Positions 44,803 through 57,978 of a stretch of DNA of 64,000 nt are shown here, piece by piece (positions within the stretch are counted from its first letter, which is position 1; the number at the start of each line of letters is the position of its first letter). The notes beneath the pieces are model-generated. The model searched no databases, had not been told where the DNA came from, and saw nothing but the letters and a program-made list of their open reading frames with translations. A program made the position numbers and the translations under genes. The stretch comes from Eledone cirrhosa (lineage: Eukaryota), in NCBI GenBank assembly GCA_964016885.1, contig OZ024743.1, positions 175,460,001-175,524,000 on the forward strand, read 5' to 3'.

Positions 44803-45125
44803 TAGCAACTAACAGCGCTGCGATCGAATGTGGCTTTTTAGCCCAGCCAATGATCTAAAATGTCTTGCACAGAGTCGGCAACCAAAACATTCACTGGGGA
44901 TAGTCGGCTGTGGTTGGAGTTCGTGTACTTTTGCATGTTGCTTGAGCCCTCCTGCTGATTTACATTCTCTACCACATGTTTGGCAAGCATGATGGGTAGC
45001 ATCTCCAACAGCAGCCTGGTAGTCAAACACTGGTCTTACTTTATGACTGCGAAGATGACTTTCGAGTCCAGCTTTGCTTAGGCATAGTCTCGCACAGACG
45101 CTGCATGTCAGCACCATAGGAGGAC
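44482..45125 (-). mobile_element. RTE-type LINE 3' end: three C2H2-like zinc fingers (44809-45125), microsatellite-expanded 3' UTR and terminal motif (44482-44519)
   Basis: [63 protein letters not shown]; downstream ggccatactcgatgacgagggggcagccatcat matches the tails of the non-autonomous copies. Confidence 0.7.
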
Positions 45126-45187
45126 CTATATGAGGACATACAGAGAGAAAGATAGAGAGAGAGAAGACAGAAAGAAATACACACACT

Positions 45188-45218
<31 letters not shown>

Positions 45219-45432
45219 GGAGAGGGAGAGAGGGAGAGAGGGGGAGGGGAGAGGGAGAGAGAGGGGGAGAGAGAGAATAGAGAGAAACAATGAGAATGAA
45301 ATTTAATGTAAAGTAAAAATAAGAATGATGATAAATAAATATAAAATCGACAAATAAAGAACAATTTAGCTGCAATATATACAAGAACACATACATCATC
45401 ACCATCATCATTATAATCATTACCATTATCAC

Positions 45433-45464
<32 letters not shown>

Positions 45465-45522
45465 CCATCATCATCATCAACATATTATCATCATCATAAT
45501 CATCATCATTATTACCATCTTC

Positions 45523-45649
45523 ATTACGATCTGAGTTCAAATCCCGCCGAGGTTGACTTTGCCTTTCATCCTTACGGGGTCGATAACATAAATTACCAGT
45601 AATGCACTGGGTAATTGCTGGCCTTGTGCCTAAAGTAGAAACAATTATT
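45523..45649 (+). mobile_element. Family A SINE, 5'-truncated, inside a (CAT)n tract
   Basis: B-box through tail present. Confidence 0.85.
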
Positions 45650-45781
45650 ACCATCTTCCTCATCATTATTATCATCACCAACACCATCATCATTATCATC
45701 ATCATCAGCACCAACATCATTATCTTTATCAGCATAATCATCATCATCACCACCATCAACACTAACATCATCATCTCCACC

Positions 45782-45910
45782 CAGTGGCGGACTGGCCAGG
45801 TTTCCAGGTTGCCCAATGGCAAGTGGGCCTCAGGGGGGAGGGGGCACGGTAGCATTGCAAGAGCCCACAGTAGCATTGCAGGGCCCACTGTAGTATTTTA
45901 GGGGCCAATG
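45782..45910 (+). mobile_element. Possible hAT-type transposon end
   Basis: Starts CAGTGGCGGACTGG with GC-rich gggccc subterminal motifs; no partner TIR found. Confidence 0.35.
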
Positions 45911-46093
45911 CTTTGCTTTCAAAAAATACCTGAAATCTAAGAGAAAGAATAAAATAAAATTAAAATAAATAAATAAAACAATTAAGCAAAGGATTTGGTC
46001 AACCAATCCCCCAGGGTATTACTAGAAACCAAGATATACGATAGTGTAAATAGCTGGAATCAGTGGTTGTACATTAGACACAGACATACAAGC

Positions 46094-46169
<76 letters not shown>

Positions 46170-46177
<8 letters not shown>

Positions 46178-46500
46178 ATACTTGGGGAGGGTCATATTGT
46201 AATAATATTGCCAGAAATAATAACAAAACACTATCACTGACTGACCAAAGAAAGAACTTTGTTAGACTATATATATGTATTTATATCTGTATTTTTGACC
46301 GTTGGTCAGTCAGTGATAATCATTGATTGCTAAATGAATTAACTATGGAGATGTAAAAGATACAGAAGCGAAAACCAACCAAACAGTGAGCGTGTTTTGT
46401 TATTATTTCTGGCAATATTATTACAGCAATATGACACTCCCCAAGTATAACAATATTTGTTTCGACACACAATTTCATATAAAAAAACCTTGCATCGCCG
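46170..46500. mobile_element. Fold-back pLTR module with nested inverted repeats (family of 20070 and 53100)
   Basis: Outer arms about 46170-46231/46392-46456; inner tatcactgactgaccaa/ttggtcagtcagtgata; forward copy begins at the hammerhead GAAAGAACTTTG. Confidence 0.75.
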
Positions 46501-46511
46501 TTATATATATA

Positions 46512-47270
46512 TCTATATTATAAAACTGACGGCCGTATATAAGTAACAAACTTTCCGCCAAACAGCTGGACCAAACGGCACCAAATTTGCACCATAGATG
46601 TAACTTTTTCCAAGTGAGAAAGTGAGGGTATTTTTGTCTACTGAATTTTTTTAAAAGATTAAGGACATTATTTAAATATTCACTTCTTTAACATTTTCAA
46701 ATGTCAACACTTCCGGTTATACGACATTCCTAACGCCTTCACGAACCAAAGTATCATCTTCCTGTTTTCTTTCGGTTGCCAGGTTTTTCGAAATATTTAC
46801 TTCTGCGTTCACAGATTGATTTTTTTAGTTTCAGAACATCCCGTTTCAGAACAGCGATTCTTTGCTTAAACTTTAATCTGTTATTTTAATATATATAATT
46901 ATATATTCGTGTACAGATAGTTTTGCATACACAAAAACAAAATATAAACAAACGTATTTATTTCACGAAAGCACAGACGGCTTATCGTCATTGTTACTGC
47001 CGATATGCCACCCAAAAATCCCTAGGCTGGCCGCAAGATCAGATTTTCCAGAAGAAAAAAATGTTACTAGAGCAACAGAGAGACTAAGCTTCACGATTAC
47101 CATCAACAAAGCTCAGGGTCAAACCCTAAAAGTGGCTGGCCTTCATCTGGGAAAACCATGGTCAATTGTATGTAGGATGCTCTAGAGTGAGCTCGCCAAA
47201 CAATCTCTTCATCTTTGCTCTCGAGGGCCGAACAAAAAATATTGTATACTCTGAGGCTCTAACAATGTAA
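46512..47270 (+). mobile_element. Internally deleted Helitron with PIF1 helicase C-terminal remnant (47081-47270)
   Basis: 5' TCTATATTATAAAA; RLSFTITINKAQGQTL, then frameshifted HGQLYVGCSRV...TKNIVYSEAL. Confidence 0.82.
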
Positions 47271-48063
47271 TTTATGTATTTTCTGTTACTTGGAATTTCC
47301 ATTATGGTTGTACAAATTATTGCAAAGTTTGTTAAAAAATGTGTTCCCTGTTCAACCTTCAATTTTCTTTAACGTACTGGCTGAGAAAAGAAACCTACAA
47401 TGAAAGAACATCATAAAGTTTACCCAAGCCAAATGTTGTATTTATTAACATTTCTATCTGCAGGTTCTTAGCAAGCTTACAGGCGCTTTAGTATGGTATT
47501 CAATTCTCATATCGTTTTTGATTGATATGGTGCATATATTGCAGCTAATCATATGTTTTAAACATTAGATAACGATTGCTGATGTATATTGTACGACAGA
47601 ATTAGCTGTAAAATATTTTGAATGAACAAATAAAAGAGATATAAAAGAGAGATGTTTGTTGGTTGGTTCCTTCGCGTATCACACGAAAAAAACGAAAAGT
47701 GACAATCGGAAAGTATGTACAGGATTGGGATAAGAGTATATCCAGGAAAATTTATTGATACTAATTTTATAACACCAAAGAAGAAGAAAAACATACCACG
47801 TATGCAAACCAGCCTGACTGCTATTTCTAGCAAGTTGTGAATCAACCATAAGGGATTCTCTCTGCGTGTTCGTTGTCAGTGATGATCGTGTTTCGCGGCC
47901 TATGTCTCCGATTCCAACGGTAGTTTACACACACACACACGCACACGCACACACACGAACACTCACACAGGCACACACACACACATATATATATATATAT
48001 ACACACACACACTGTAAACAAGACAATGCATTCAATACAGACGTTTTCTCTTCTGCCGTAACT

Positions 48064-48231
48064 AAGGAATATAATAGACAAAATCCATGGGGCTGAAAAT
48101 CAGAGACATGAGGCGAGCGAACATTTAGCAGCTTCTACCTCGGTCGGCCGCTCGGGGTAGAAGCTGCTAAATGTTTGGTCGCCTCATGTCTCTGATTTTC
48201 AGCCCCATGGATTTTGTCTATTATATTCCTT
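48064..48231. repeat. Hairpin with about 79-bp arms directly upstream of a hammerhead
   Basis: aaggaatataatagac...cttctacctcg / cggggtagaag...gtctattatattcctt. Confidence 0.9.
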
Positions 48232-48244
48232 TGTTATATTTCGA

Positions 48245-48302
48245 ATACCTGATGATGTCACCGGATTCATACTGAACCCGGTCATTGAAATGATCATAGT
48301 AT
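48245..48302 (+). ncRNA. Type-I hammerhead ribozyme followed by AATAAA
   Basis: atac CTGATGA tgtc accgg attcatactgaac ccggt catt GAAA tgatc ATA gtat; palindrome ATGATCAT; perfect 4-bp stem I. Confidence 0.72.
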
Positions 48303-48350
48303 AATAAACTTTTTAAGGACTTACACCAGTCCATCCAGCCTCCTGTTATT

Positions 48351-48420
<70 letters not shown>

Positions 48421-48517
48421 GCCAATCATTGTAAGTTTGAATCTAACTGACATGCAAAAACGTATATATAGGAATAAGTTAAGCCCAAATCATAGTAGAT
48501 TCAAATATCACAGAGAG

Positions 48518-48624
<107 letters not shown>

Positions 48625-48727
48625 AATGAGATGCAACAGAAATGAAACATGGATTACAGGTTAAAATATACTCTAGATAGATGAGAAACAAAACGAGGAT
48701 GTAGTTTATGGAACACCCAAATGATTT

Positions 48728-49158
48728 AGAAGTCGACTTTAAGTAGGAGCAATAACATTAAAAAAGACATGAACGATACCACAACACTTTGTTTTGAAAA
48801 TTTTGAGAGTAGGTTTATAAGTATGAATTTTCATAGGACTTTCGTAGTTGTCTCTGTGGCCTAGCGGTAGGTACTAGAGACGGCGTAGATCTTGACCTTG
48901 GGTTCAATCCTGGTCAAGAGGTACATGTAAACGTTTTCAGTTTTTATTTTACAACCAATAGAAAAAACTGAAAAGGTTTACCGGGAAACCGACCAGGATC
49001 ACCACCGTTTATGATTCCTCCAGCTAGGCCACCGACACAACTACAAAACTGTAATGAAAATTGATAATTATAAACCTACTTTCAAAATCAAAGTTAAAAA
49101 TGTGTGGCGTCGTTCATGGCACACCTAGAGCTATTAGTAATATTTAGGGTCGACTTCT
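48728..49158. mobile_element. MITE-like element with long imperfect TIRs containing a tRNA-like segment (48850-48921)
   Basis: Paired motifs agaagtcgac/gtcgacttct, catgaacga/tcgttcatg, agtaggtttataa/ttataaacctact, gtagttgt/acaactac; A-box TGGCCTAGCGG, B-box GGTTCAATCC. Confidence 0.6.
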
Positions 49159-49177
49159 GGTCATTATTTGCTGGATT

Positions 49178-49594
49178 GGCGGTGGATTGGCAGTATCGGT
49201 AGAGGTTCGGACGCCATGCTTTGACGCATAGAGTTACGGCCCTTGCCATTCTGAGTTCAAATCCCGCCGAGGTTAACTTTGCCTTTCATCCTTACGGGGT
49301 CGATAAAATAAAGTACCAGTAATGTACTGGGTAATTTTCTGGCCTTGTGCCAATAGTAGAAACAATTATTTGCTGGATTGGCAGTATCAGTAGAGGGTCG
49401 GACGCCATGCTTTCCAGCATAGTTACGTCCCTTTACGATCTGAGTTCAAATCCCGCCGAGGTTGACTTTGCCTTTCATCCTTACGGGGTCGATAAAACAA
49501 AGTACCAGTAATGCACTGGGTAATTGCTGGCCTTGTGCCTAAAGTAGAAACAATTATTTGCTGGCCTTCTTGTTCCAAAAGTAGAAACAATTAT
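49178..49594 (+). mobile_element. Family A SINE tandem cluster (two near-full copies plus a tail duplicate)
   Basis: Heads at about 49178 and 49372; tail gtagaaacaattatt occurs three times. Confidence 0.88.
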
Positions 49595-49809
49595 TGAAAG
49601 TCTCTGGATTTCGTAAAATACATAATATTTTTTTATTGGAGAAGGTAAGATATTTATCTGCAATAATTTGATTGTTTTGTTTACACTTATGTATTTTTTG
49701 AAAATGTTATTTATTTATTATAAAAATTAAATGATAACATTCTATATGTAGGTGGGCCCCCTTCATCTCCTGGCAACCAATATTTTTAGACTCAGTCTGC
49801 CATTGTCTC

Positions 49810-50486
49810 TACCACCACGACCACCACGACCAGCACGACGACGACGGCGACCACCACCACCACCATCACTACCACCATCATCATCATCCCAATTATCACC
49901 ATCATCAACACCATCAACATAATTATTATAATCTTTGACACCACAACTAACATCACCACAATCACCACCACCACCACCACCACTTCAATACGAAAACGAC
50001 AGCACTCTATAATCATCATCATGATAATAACAACAATCACATCTACACCAAACCAACATCATCATCATCATCTTTATCAGCAATATCACCAATAACTATG
50101 GAAACAACAGTAAAAATATATAAGAGAACTAGAATATTGAAACAAGAATAATGAAGAAAACAGGAAAATTATCACATCCCCCTCCTTCTCCCTCTTTCTT
50201 CAATGAGAGGATGACTTAAATGTGGGAGTGGGATGGGGTGGCAGGTAGAGATATAGAGAGAGTGAGAGAGGGAGAGATAGTGAGAGAGAGAGAGAGAGAG
50301 ATTGGGAGAGAGTGAGAGAGAGAGAGAGAATAAAACAACTCTAATTTAACAGCAATAATAACATAATACTCTATCAACGACGACAACAACAACAACAACA
50401 GCAACAACAACAACAGCAACAACAACAAAAGTCGATGATGATGATGATGTTGTTGTTGATGATGTTGCTGTTGCTGCTACTGATAG

Positions 50487-50519
<33 letters not shown>

Positions 50520-50664
50520 CGGTGGTAATGGTGATGATGATGATGATGGTGGTGGTGATGAAGTTGACGATGATGTTGATGATGATGATGATGTTGCTGC
50601 TGCTGATGATGATGGTGATGATGATGGCGTTGACGATGATGTTGATGATGATGATGATGTTGCT

Positions 50665-50698
<34 letters not shown>

Positions 50699-50785
50699 AT
50701 GATGATGGCGTTGACTATGATGTTGATGATGATAAAAATAAGAATAAGAAGAAAAAGAATGATAATGTTGATGGATAATAATAAT
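49810..50785. repeat. Imperfect (CAC/CAT), (GA), (CAA) and (GAT) repeats
   Basis: Direct reading. Confidence 0.85.
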
Positions 50786-50963
50786 TGTTTCTACTTTTAG
50801 GCACAAGGCCAGCAATTATCCCAGTACATTACTGGTACTTTATTTTATGAAGGATGAAAGGCAAAGTTAACCTCGGCAGGATTTGAACTCAGACTGTAAA
50901 GGGAAGTAACTATGCTAGAAAGCATGTCGTCCAACCCTCTACCGATACTGCCAATCCACCGCC
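50780..50963 (-). mobile_element. Family A SINE flanked by (AAT)n
   Basis: Head GGCGGTGGATTGGCAGTATCGG on the minus strand. Confidence 0.85.
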
Positions 50964-50966
50964 TTA

Positions 50967-51032
<66 letters not shown>

Positions 51033-51379
51033 GGCAATAATAATAACGACGACGACGATGATGATGATGATGATGATGATAACAGTGTAGAATTTCTTTT
51101 CTAGAATTTGTGCGAGATTAGTTGTCGACTTGATTTGAGAGCTGGGGGCAGTAAATTGTTCTCACTATTATCATTATCAGTAGAAACGGTTGCTAATTAG
51201 AAGTTTCAGTCTTTCATGTCATTAACTAAAAAAACCTCGCACGTACTGATACCAAATTACAACAACAACTACATCATCAACATCACCATTACTAGCACCA
51301 CCACCACCACCACCACAAATACCAACTCCTCCACACACATACACACATATACATACATATATATATATATTCATGTACT

Positions 51380-51460
<81 letters not shown>

Positions 51461-51641
51461 TGTGTGTGAGTGTGTGTGTATGCGTGTGTGTGTATATATA
51501 CATATACATATATATATAAATACACACACACACACATATATATATATACATATATATATATACAAACATATGTATATGTGTATATATATATATATATTTA
51601 AAAGAATAGAGGTGTAACACACGAGTTGTGATATATTAGTA

Positions 51642-52327
51642 AAAGGAAAAGAAAATGCTGACAAATTTTTCCCAGTGAAAAATAGTTTAATTAGGAATAA
51701 GTAAAAATTAGTAATAAGTATTGGTTAGTATTCAGTTTTAGTATTAAGTTTTTACCGGTTGCGAATTTCTAATGCTTTTCAAAAATAATTTTGGGATAGA
51801 GCGCCTGTGATGTTTGTTCTATTACTGACCATATCACAACAATGAACCTCTTTACTACACACACACACACACATGTTTGTCTTAAAAGACTTATTTTTCA
51901 GTGACTTCTCAATCAGGCGAAAAAGAACACTCTTCGACAAATCTACATTTGGCGCAAATTCAATTTTTAACATTCACGTGACCTCTACCGACCAATCAAA
52001 ATTGTTTTGACTACTAGAATTTTTGCAACACGAATTGGCGCGAAACTTATAGTACTCATTCACGTGACATTCAACAACCAACCAAATCTTAATACCTCTG
52101 GAGCCACTTTTTTCACATAAAACAGGTAGAATTTCCAAAACTGATCAGATTAGAGCAAACATCACGCTCTTATCTCAAAATCATTTTTGAAAAGCATTAG
52201 AAATGCGCAACCGGTAAAAACTTAAAACTAAAACTGAATACTAACCAATACTTATTACTAATTTTAACTTATTCCTAATTAGACTATTTTTCACTGGGAA
52301 AAATTTGTCAGCATTTTCTTTTCCTTT
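51642..52327. repeat. Fold-back module, about 143-bp arms, each with a degenerate U3-A8 hammerhead-like motif
   Basis: Arms about 51642-51784 and 52185-52327; TTGAAAA gcatt aga aatgc GCAAC CG GTA aaaa (GAAA mutated to GCAA). Confidence 0.85.
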
Positions 52328-52329
52328 GG

Positions 52330-53375
52330 AGGGAAATTAGCTAACCAGTGTAGAAAGGCCCTGAGAAAGACCCACTTAAAAATTAAGGTGGTAGAAAAGC
52401 CAGGAACCACCATACAATCCCTGATCAGCAAAACCTACCCTTTTAAGAAAACACACTGTACCAATAGGAAATGTATCATATGTAAGGTAAACCCCCGGAT
52501 AAACTGTAAAACTAGAAACGTAGTCTATAGCATAAGATGTACAGAGGGTACCTGCAGAAACATGACAACAACATACATAGGTGAGACAGCTCGTAGCATA
52601 GGTGAAAGGATAGACCAACACTGGAGGGAACTAAAAGGACGAAAAAACGGATCAGTACTATACGAACATGCCAGACAACAACATGACGGTAACATAGACA
52701 ACATAGAAATTAGAATAATATCTAAACATAGAAATGACCCAGCAGATAGGCAAATCTGAGAGGCCAGTGAAATAGAAATTAGAAGACCAAGACTAAACAG
52801 AAAGAATGAATGGAATAACAACAACACCCAAACAAACAACACTGACCTAAGAGAAGTATAAATAAGTAAATAAAATAAAATAAAATAAATAAATAAATAC
52901 ATACACAAGCACAATAACAACAAACACATAAACACACATTAGTCACCCAATCACGAACACACATCACACATCAAACAAAACACTATACACACACGCAAAC
53001 GCATGCGCAAAGAAGAAAAAATAAAATAAACAAACAAGCAAATAAATAAATAAATATATAGACAGACTGAATAAAAATGGCGTAGCCATACAATTCAACA
53101 GGAGGAAACAATAGAGCCACTAACGATGTTGCAGATGTGCAACGAAAGATTTATGATAAACTATATATATGTGTTTGTGTCTATATTGTATCTGTATTAT
53201 TTTTGACAGTCGGTCAGTCAATGGCAACATTGAGGACCGAGTATATTATATTATATTAGATTACCGATATAAAAGACACAGAAGCGAAAAGCGAAAACCA
53301 ACCAAACAGTGAGTGTGTTCTGTTATTAATTCTGGCAATATTACACAAATATGACCCTCCCCAAGTATAACAATA
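52330..53375 (+). mobile_element. Penelope-like element 3' end: GIY-YIG endonuclease (52388-52812, in-frame stop at 52757), 3' UTR and pLTR with degenerate hammerhead (53116-53157)
   Basis: CxxC...CKTRNVVYSIRC...YIGET.RS...R..QH...H...RQI*EA..I..RP.LN; CTAACGA t gttgca gatg tgcaac GAAA. Confidence 0.88.
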
Positions 53376-53440
53376 TATATATATATACATAAATACTTAT
53401 ATATATATATGTGTATCTATATATATACGTATATATATAC

Positions 53441-53489
<49 letters not shown>

Positions 53490-53548
53490 AAAGTGAGTTT
53501 TTTTTTTACAAAATGAAAAATAACCGAGGTGTCCTATACGAGTGAAAG

Positions 53549-53848
53549 TATAAAGAAAAAGAGATGAAATCGAAAATGCAACTGGAGTCTTATTTTTTTT
53601 AAAAATATATATATTTATTTGGTTCCTTTACCGGTTTCGCAGTTCTTCTGCTTTTCAAAAGGTGAGTTGAGATGGAGGGTCTGTGGTTTTTCTCACATCT
53701 GTGAGAAAAACCACAGACCCTCCATCTTAACTCACCTTTTGAAAAGCAGAAGAACTGCGAAACCGGTAAAGGAACCAAATAAATATATATATTTAAAAAA
53801 AAAATAAGACTCCAGTTGCATTTTCGATTTCATCTCTTTTTCTTTATA
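53549..53848. repeat. Near-perfect hairpin, about 149-bp arms, 2-nt loop
   Basis: Centre ...tctcaca-tc-tgtgaga...; the arms differ only at one substitution and a poly(A/T) length. Confidence 0.95.
53735..53772 (+). ncRNA. Hammerhead ribozyme, U3-A8 core variant (mirror copy at 53625-53662 on -)
   Basis: cctt TTGAAAA gcag aagaa ctgc GAAAC CG GTA aagg: perfect stems I and II, palindrome ACCGGT. Confidence 0.68.
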
Positions 53849-54063
53849 TATATATACGGTTAGCTCTCTTTGTTGTTTACTTGTCTCACTCGCTTTACGC
53901 GTTTTAATTGTCCTAATAACTTAATTTAGTTATTATTGCACCGACGTGAGGTATATGATTTTTAATGCAATGAAATATCTATGATCGTCGGCAAATCACT
54001 GATGAGGGACTCATTTTATTACATGTTATCCATGTGCAACCTGCAGTATTCTTCTCCCCATTT

Positions 54064-54134
<71 letters not shown>

Positions 54135-54734
54135 CGTGTGTGTGTGTATGTGTGCGTGTGTGCGTGTGTATGTGTGTATGTAATCATATTAAGTAAGGCC
54201 ACTAGCTTCAGTAAACGCTGCTGCATCTATTTCCACAGTCAGCCATTTTGTTTCTCAAAATCGCTGACTCTAAAATATAACAGCGTCCGTCTGGTTTCGC
54301 CTAACAAAATTGCACCACATCCTACCCGATATTAAGTATTTTCTTTTTCTTTCCCTCGTTACTAGCTGATGAGTAGGGTTTTAGTGCCAGCATCTGCCCT
54401 TCACAGTAAAACTATAAAGTAAAAACTACAGTAAATTGTATATGGAAAAGCTGATCCAAGCGAAATGGGCCAACTACAAAAGTGCAAAAAACTATTCTTT
54501 CTGATGCCAAAAAAAAAACCCAAAACACTTTTTACGCTGTGTGGTATACACGTGACTTGTATATCAAATAAAACATATTAGGTACTTTTTTCAAATCATC
54601 TTTCCTATATAGCATGATTTATATAGAAATCCTTATTCTTCCAGCATTTTGATTTTGTGTGCATGTATATATATATACATATATATATAATCTGTATATA
54701 TATATATGTATATATATATACATATATATATAAT

Positions 54735-55853
54735 CTGGTCTGATTAAACCGTTTCATAAATTGAATGAAAATCTCAAGTACGTAAATGTTGGGTCTAACC
54801 ACCCCATCTCTATAATTAAATCTATCCCTAAAAATATTTCCCTTAGAATCTCGGGTCTATCTTTTAACATACAAGTATTTAAGGAACACGCCGAGTACTA
54901 CGATAACGCCCTTAGTAAAGCAGGCTACCTCAACAAAATAGAATATATAGATGAAAACAATCAAAACACCCAAAATAAATCCCAGATAGGTAGAAATAAT
55001 AACACAACACCAAACCACACTTACTACCATAGTGTACACACCAGTAAACCAACAAACAAAACTAATAGAAAGCGATGCAAAGAGTACTTATGGTATAACC
55101 CTGAATACAATAGTTCCATTAGTACAAATTTACCAGTACTCTTCTTTAAAATAGTTAGGAAATATTTTCCTACATCACACAAATACCACAAAATCCTAAA
55201 GTCTACCACTATAAGACTGTCATACTCTACAGCGTTAAACCTTGAACAACACATAAAAAAGATCAATACTAGAAGGTTAAACGAAAACACTAAAAACTTA
55301 AGTACAAAGAGCACAAAAAAAAAACAGTAGACAATACACTACAGAACATAAATAAACCACACCTAAGTTCGTCCGCAATACTACTCCAGAGTAAACCTAA
55401 CTACAAAGCCAACATACACAACTGTAACTGCACCTATCCTGACAATTGCCCCTCGGCAATAACTGCCGTGAAAAAAATATCATCTATAAGTGTACCATTG
55501 AATCCGGAGGCAACGAGTGGTATTACGTGGGATCAACGGCAACATCGTTTAAATCTCGATTATATAGGCATTCTTACTCAATAAAACACCAGAGCCAAAG
55601 AAATGTAACAACTTTAGCAGAAAAAGCTTGGACACTCAGGGATAGCGTTCAAAAGTTTACCCTAAAATGGGAGAAATTAGCTAAAACCCAAAGCTTTTCC
55701 AGGAGCCAAAACTTCTGCAAATTATGTAATCTTGAGATTTATTACATAATCACACACAAGAAGAAACTGCTTAATAACAGAATTGAACGAACATTATTCT
55801 GCCGTCACCGAACTAAAACCCTTTTTCCCCACTACAAGCTGAATATTACATAA
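54735..55853 (+). mobile_element. Penelope-like element (Naiad-like): RT thumb, linker and GIY-YIG; frameshifted
   Basis: YVNVGSNHP..IIKSIP..IS.RIS; WYNP.Y; IRLSYS; CNC.....CP/LG..C...NIIYKC...YVGST...FK.R...H; CKLC..E; LLN.R.E...CRH. Confidence 0.85.
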
Positions 55854-56175
55854 ACGAGGGACATCTCCCCAACTATAAAAGTCCTCAATCTAGTTAGAAA
55901 AATATAAAAACAATCACTTATCAACATATATATGTACTATTAATAACCTTAAATTATCACACTAATAATGGCAAAATATGGTGGTGAGAATAGGTGCGAA
56001 TATGCTATAATGAATGTGTCTAAAAGCGACCATATGTATGTATATAGGTGAAAATGTATATAAATAAGTAAATAAGTGAGCGAGTGTGTATATATATATA
56101 TATATATATATTTGATGTGTATAATTAAATGTATGCGTATTCATGTATGTGTATTTTTATATATATATATATATA

Positions 56176-57978
56176 TATTAGAAAGATCGAGTATCGAAAA
56201 ATCGGCGCACGAGTTCACGAAAAACGAAATTCGATATGAGCGGCAGAGGGCTCAATAATTCAGATGAATCAGAGCTATAACTATCGTTAAAATACCGTCA
56301 CATATAGAACAAGTCTACAATCAACCATACGATTTAAAATCGATAAAGGAAGATTCGGGCCAAACAGATAAAAAATATCAATAAAACAATACGTCAATAA
56401 TTTAAATGAATGTAAAATCATACCCGGACCCACTAGAAAGGTGTTAAATCTAGCTTCATGGGTTTCTGTAAATCCTTAGACAGTACTCTATCAGCTCACA
56501 TATAAATATAAAAGCCTACTAGAATAAGTGGAACGGAGTTTACGTTGTCAACGAGTTTTTTCCTGGCGGCAGAGGAGTCAACTAGCGGTGAAAAACGCAC
56601 ATGGCATTAGACAAGGGAGATGACCCCTATATCCGCGAAAACAATTCGAGTGAATGTGGAAATACACATATCGAATTAGAGTGCTCAATAGACATGTTAA
56701 AATAAAACAAAAGCTATTCATCACTCAATAGAATCGACAAAAAATGAGCAATAAAATTAACTGGTGGATAGCTATGTCCAGAGCTAAATATATTAGAAAG
56801 ATCGAGTATCGAAAAATCGGCGCACGAGTTCACGAAAAACGAAATTCGATATGAGCGGCAGAGGGCTCAATAATTCAGATGAATCAGAGCTATAACTATC
56901 GTTAAAATACCGTCACATATAGAACAAGTCTACAATCAACCATACGATTTAAAATCGATAAAGGAAGATTCGGGCCAAACAGATAAAAAATATCAATAAA
57001 ACAATACGTCAATAATTTAAATGAATGTAAAATCATACCCGGACCCACTAGAAAGGTGTTAAATCTAGCTTCATGGGTTTCTGTAAATCCTTAGACAGTA
57101 CTCTATCAGCTCACATATAAATATAAAAGCCTACTAGAATAAGTGGAACGGAGTTTACGTTGTCAACGAGTTTTTTCCTGGCGGCAGAGGAGTCAACTAG
57201 CGGTGAAAAACGCACATGGCATTAGACAAGGGAGATGACCCCTATATCCGCGAAAACAATTCGAGTGAATGTGGAAATACACATATCGAATTAGAGTGCT
57301 CAATAGACATGTTAAAATAAAACAAAAGCTATTCATCACTCAATAGAATCGACAAAAAATGAGCAATAAAATTAACTGGTGGATAGCTATGTCCAGAGCT
57401 AAATATATTAGAAAGATCGAGTATCGAAAAATCGGCGCACGAGTTCACGAAAAACGAAATTCGATATGAGCGGCAGAGGGCTCAATAATTCAGATGAATC
57501 AGAGCTATAACTATCGTTAAAATACCGTCACATATAGAACAAGTCTACAATCAACCATACGATTTAAAATCGATAAAGGAAGATTCGGGCCAAACAGATA
57601 AAAAATATCAATAAAACAATACGTCAATAATTTAAATGAATGTAAAATCATACCCGGACCCACTAGAAAGGTGTTAAATCTAGCTTCATGGGTTTCTGTA
57701 AATCCTTAGACAGTACTCTATCAGCTCACATATAAATATAAAAGCCTACTAGAATAAGTGGAACGGAGTTTACGTTGTCAACGAGTTTTTTCCTGGCGGC
57801 AGAGGAGTCAACTAGCGGTGAAAAACGCACATGGCATTAGACAAGGGAGATGACCCCTATATCCGCGAAAACAATTCGAGTGAATGTGGAAATACACATA
57901 TCGAATTAGAGTGCTCAATAGACATGTTAAAATAAAACAAAAGCTATTCATCACTCAATAGAATCGACAAAAAATGAG

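Noticed and set aside
48850-48921. tRNA gene
   Set aside because: A and B boxes are present but the acceptor and anticodon stems are poor, and it lies within an inverted-repeat element.
52757-52759. In-frame TGA as selenocysteine or readthrough in the GIY-YIG
   Set aside because: Not at a Cys position; more simply a nonsense mutation in a dead copy.
53995-54420. Two CTGATGAG words (about 53999 and 54366)
   Set aside because: No suitably placed stem II-GAAA-NUH follows either.
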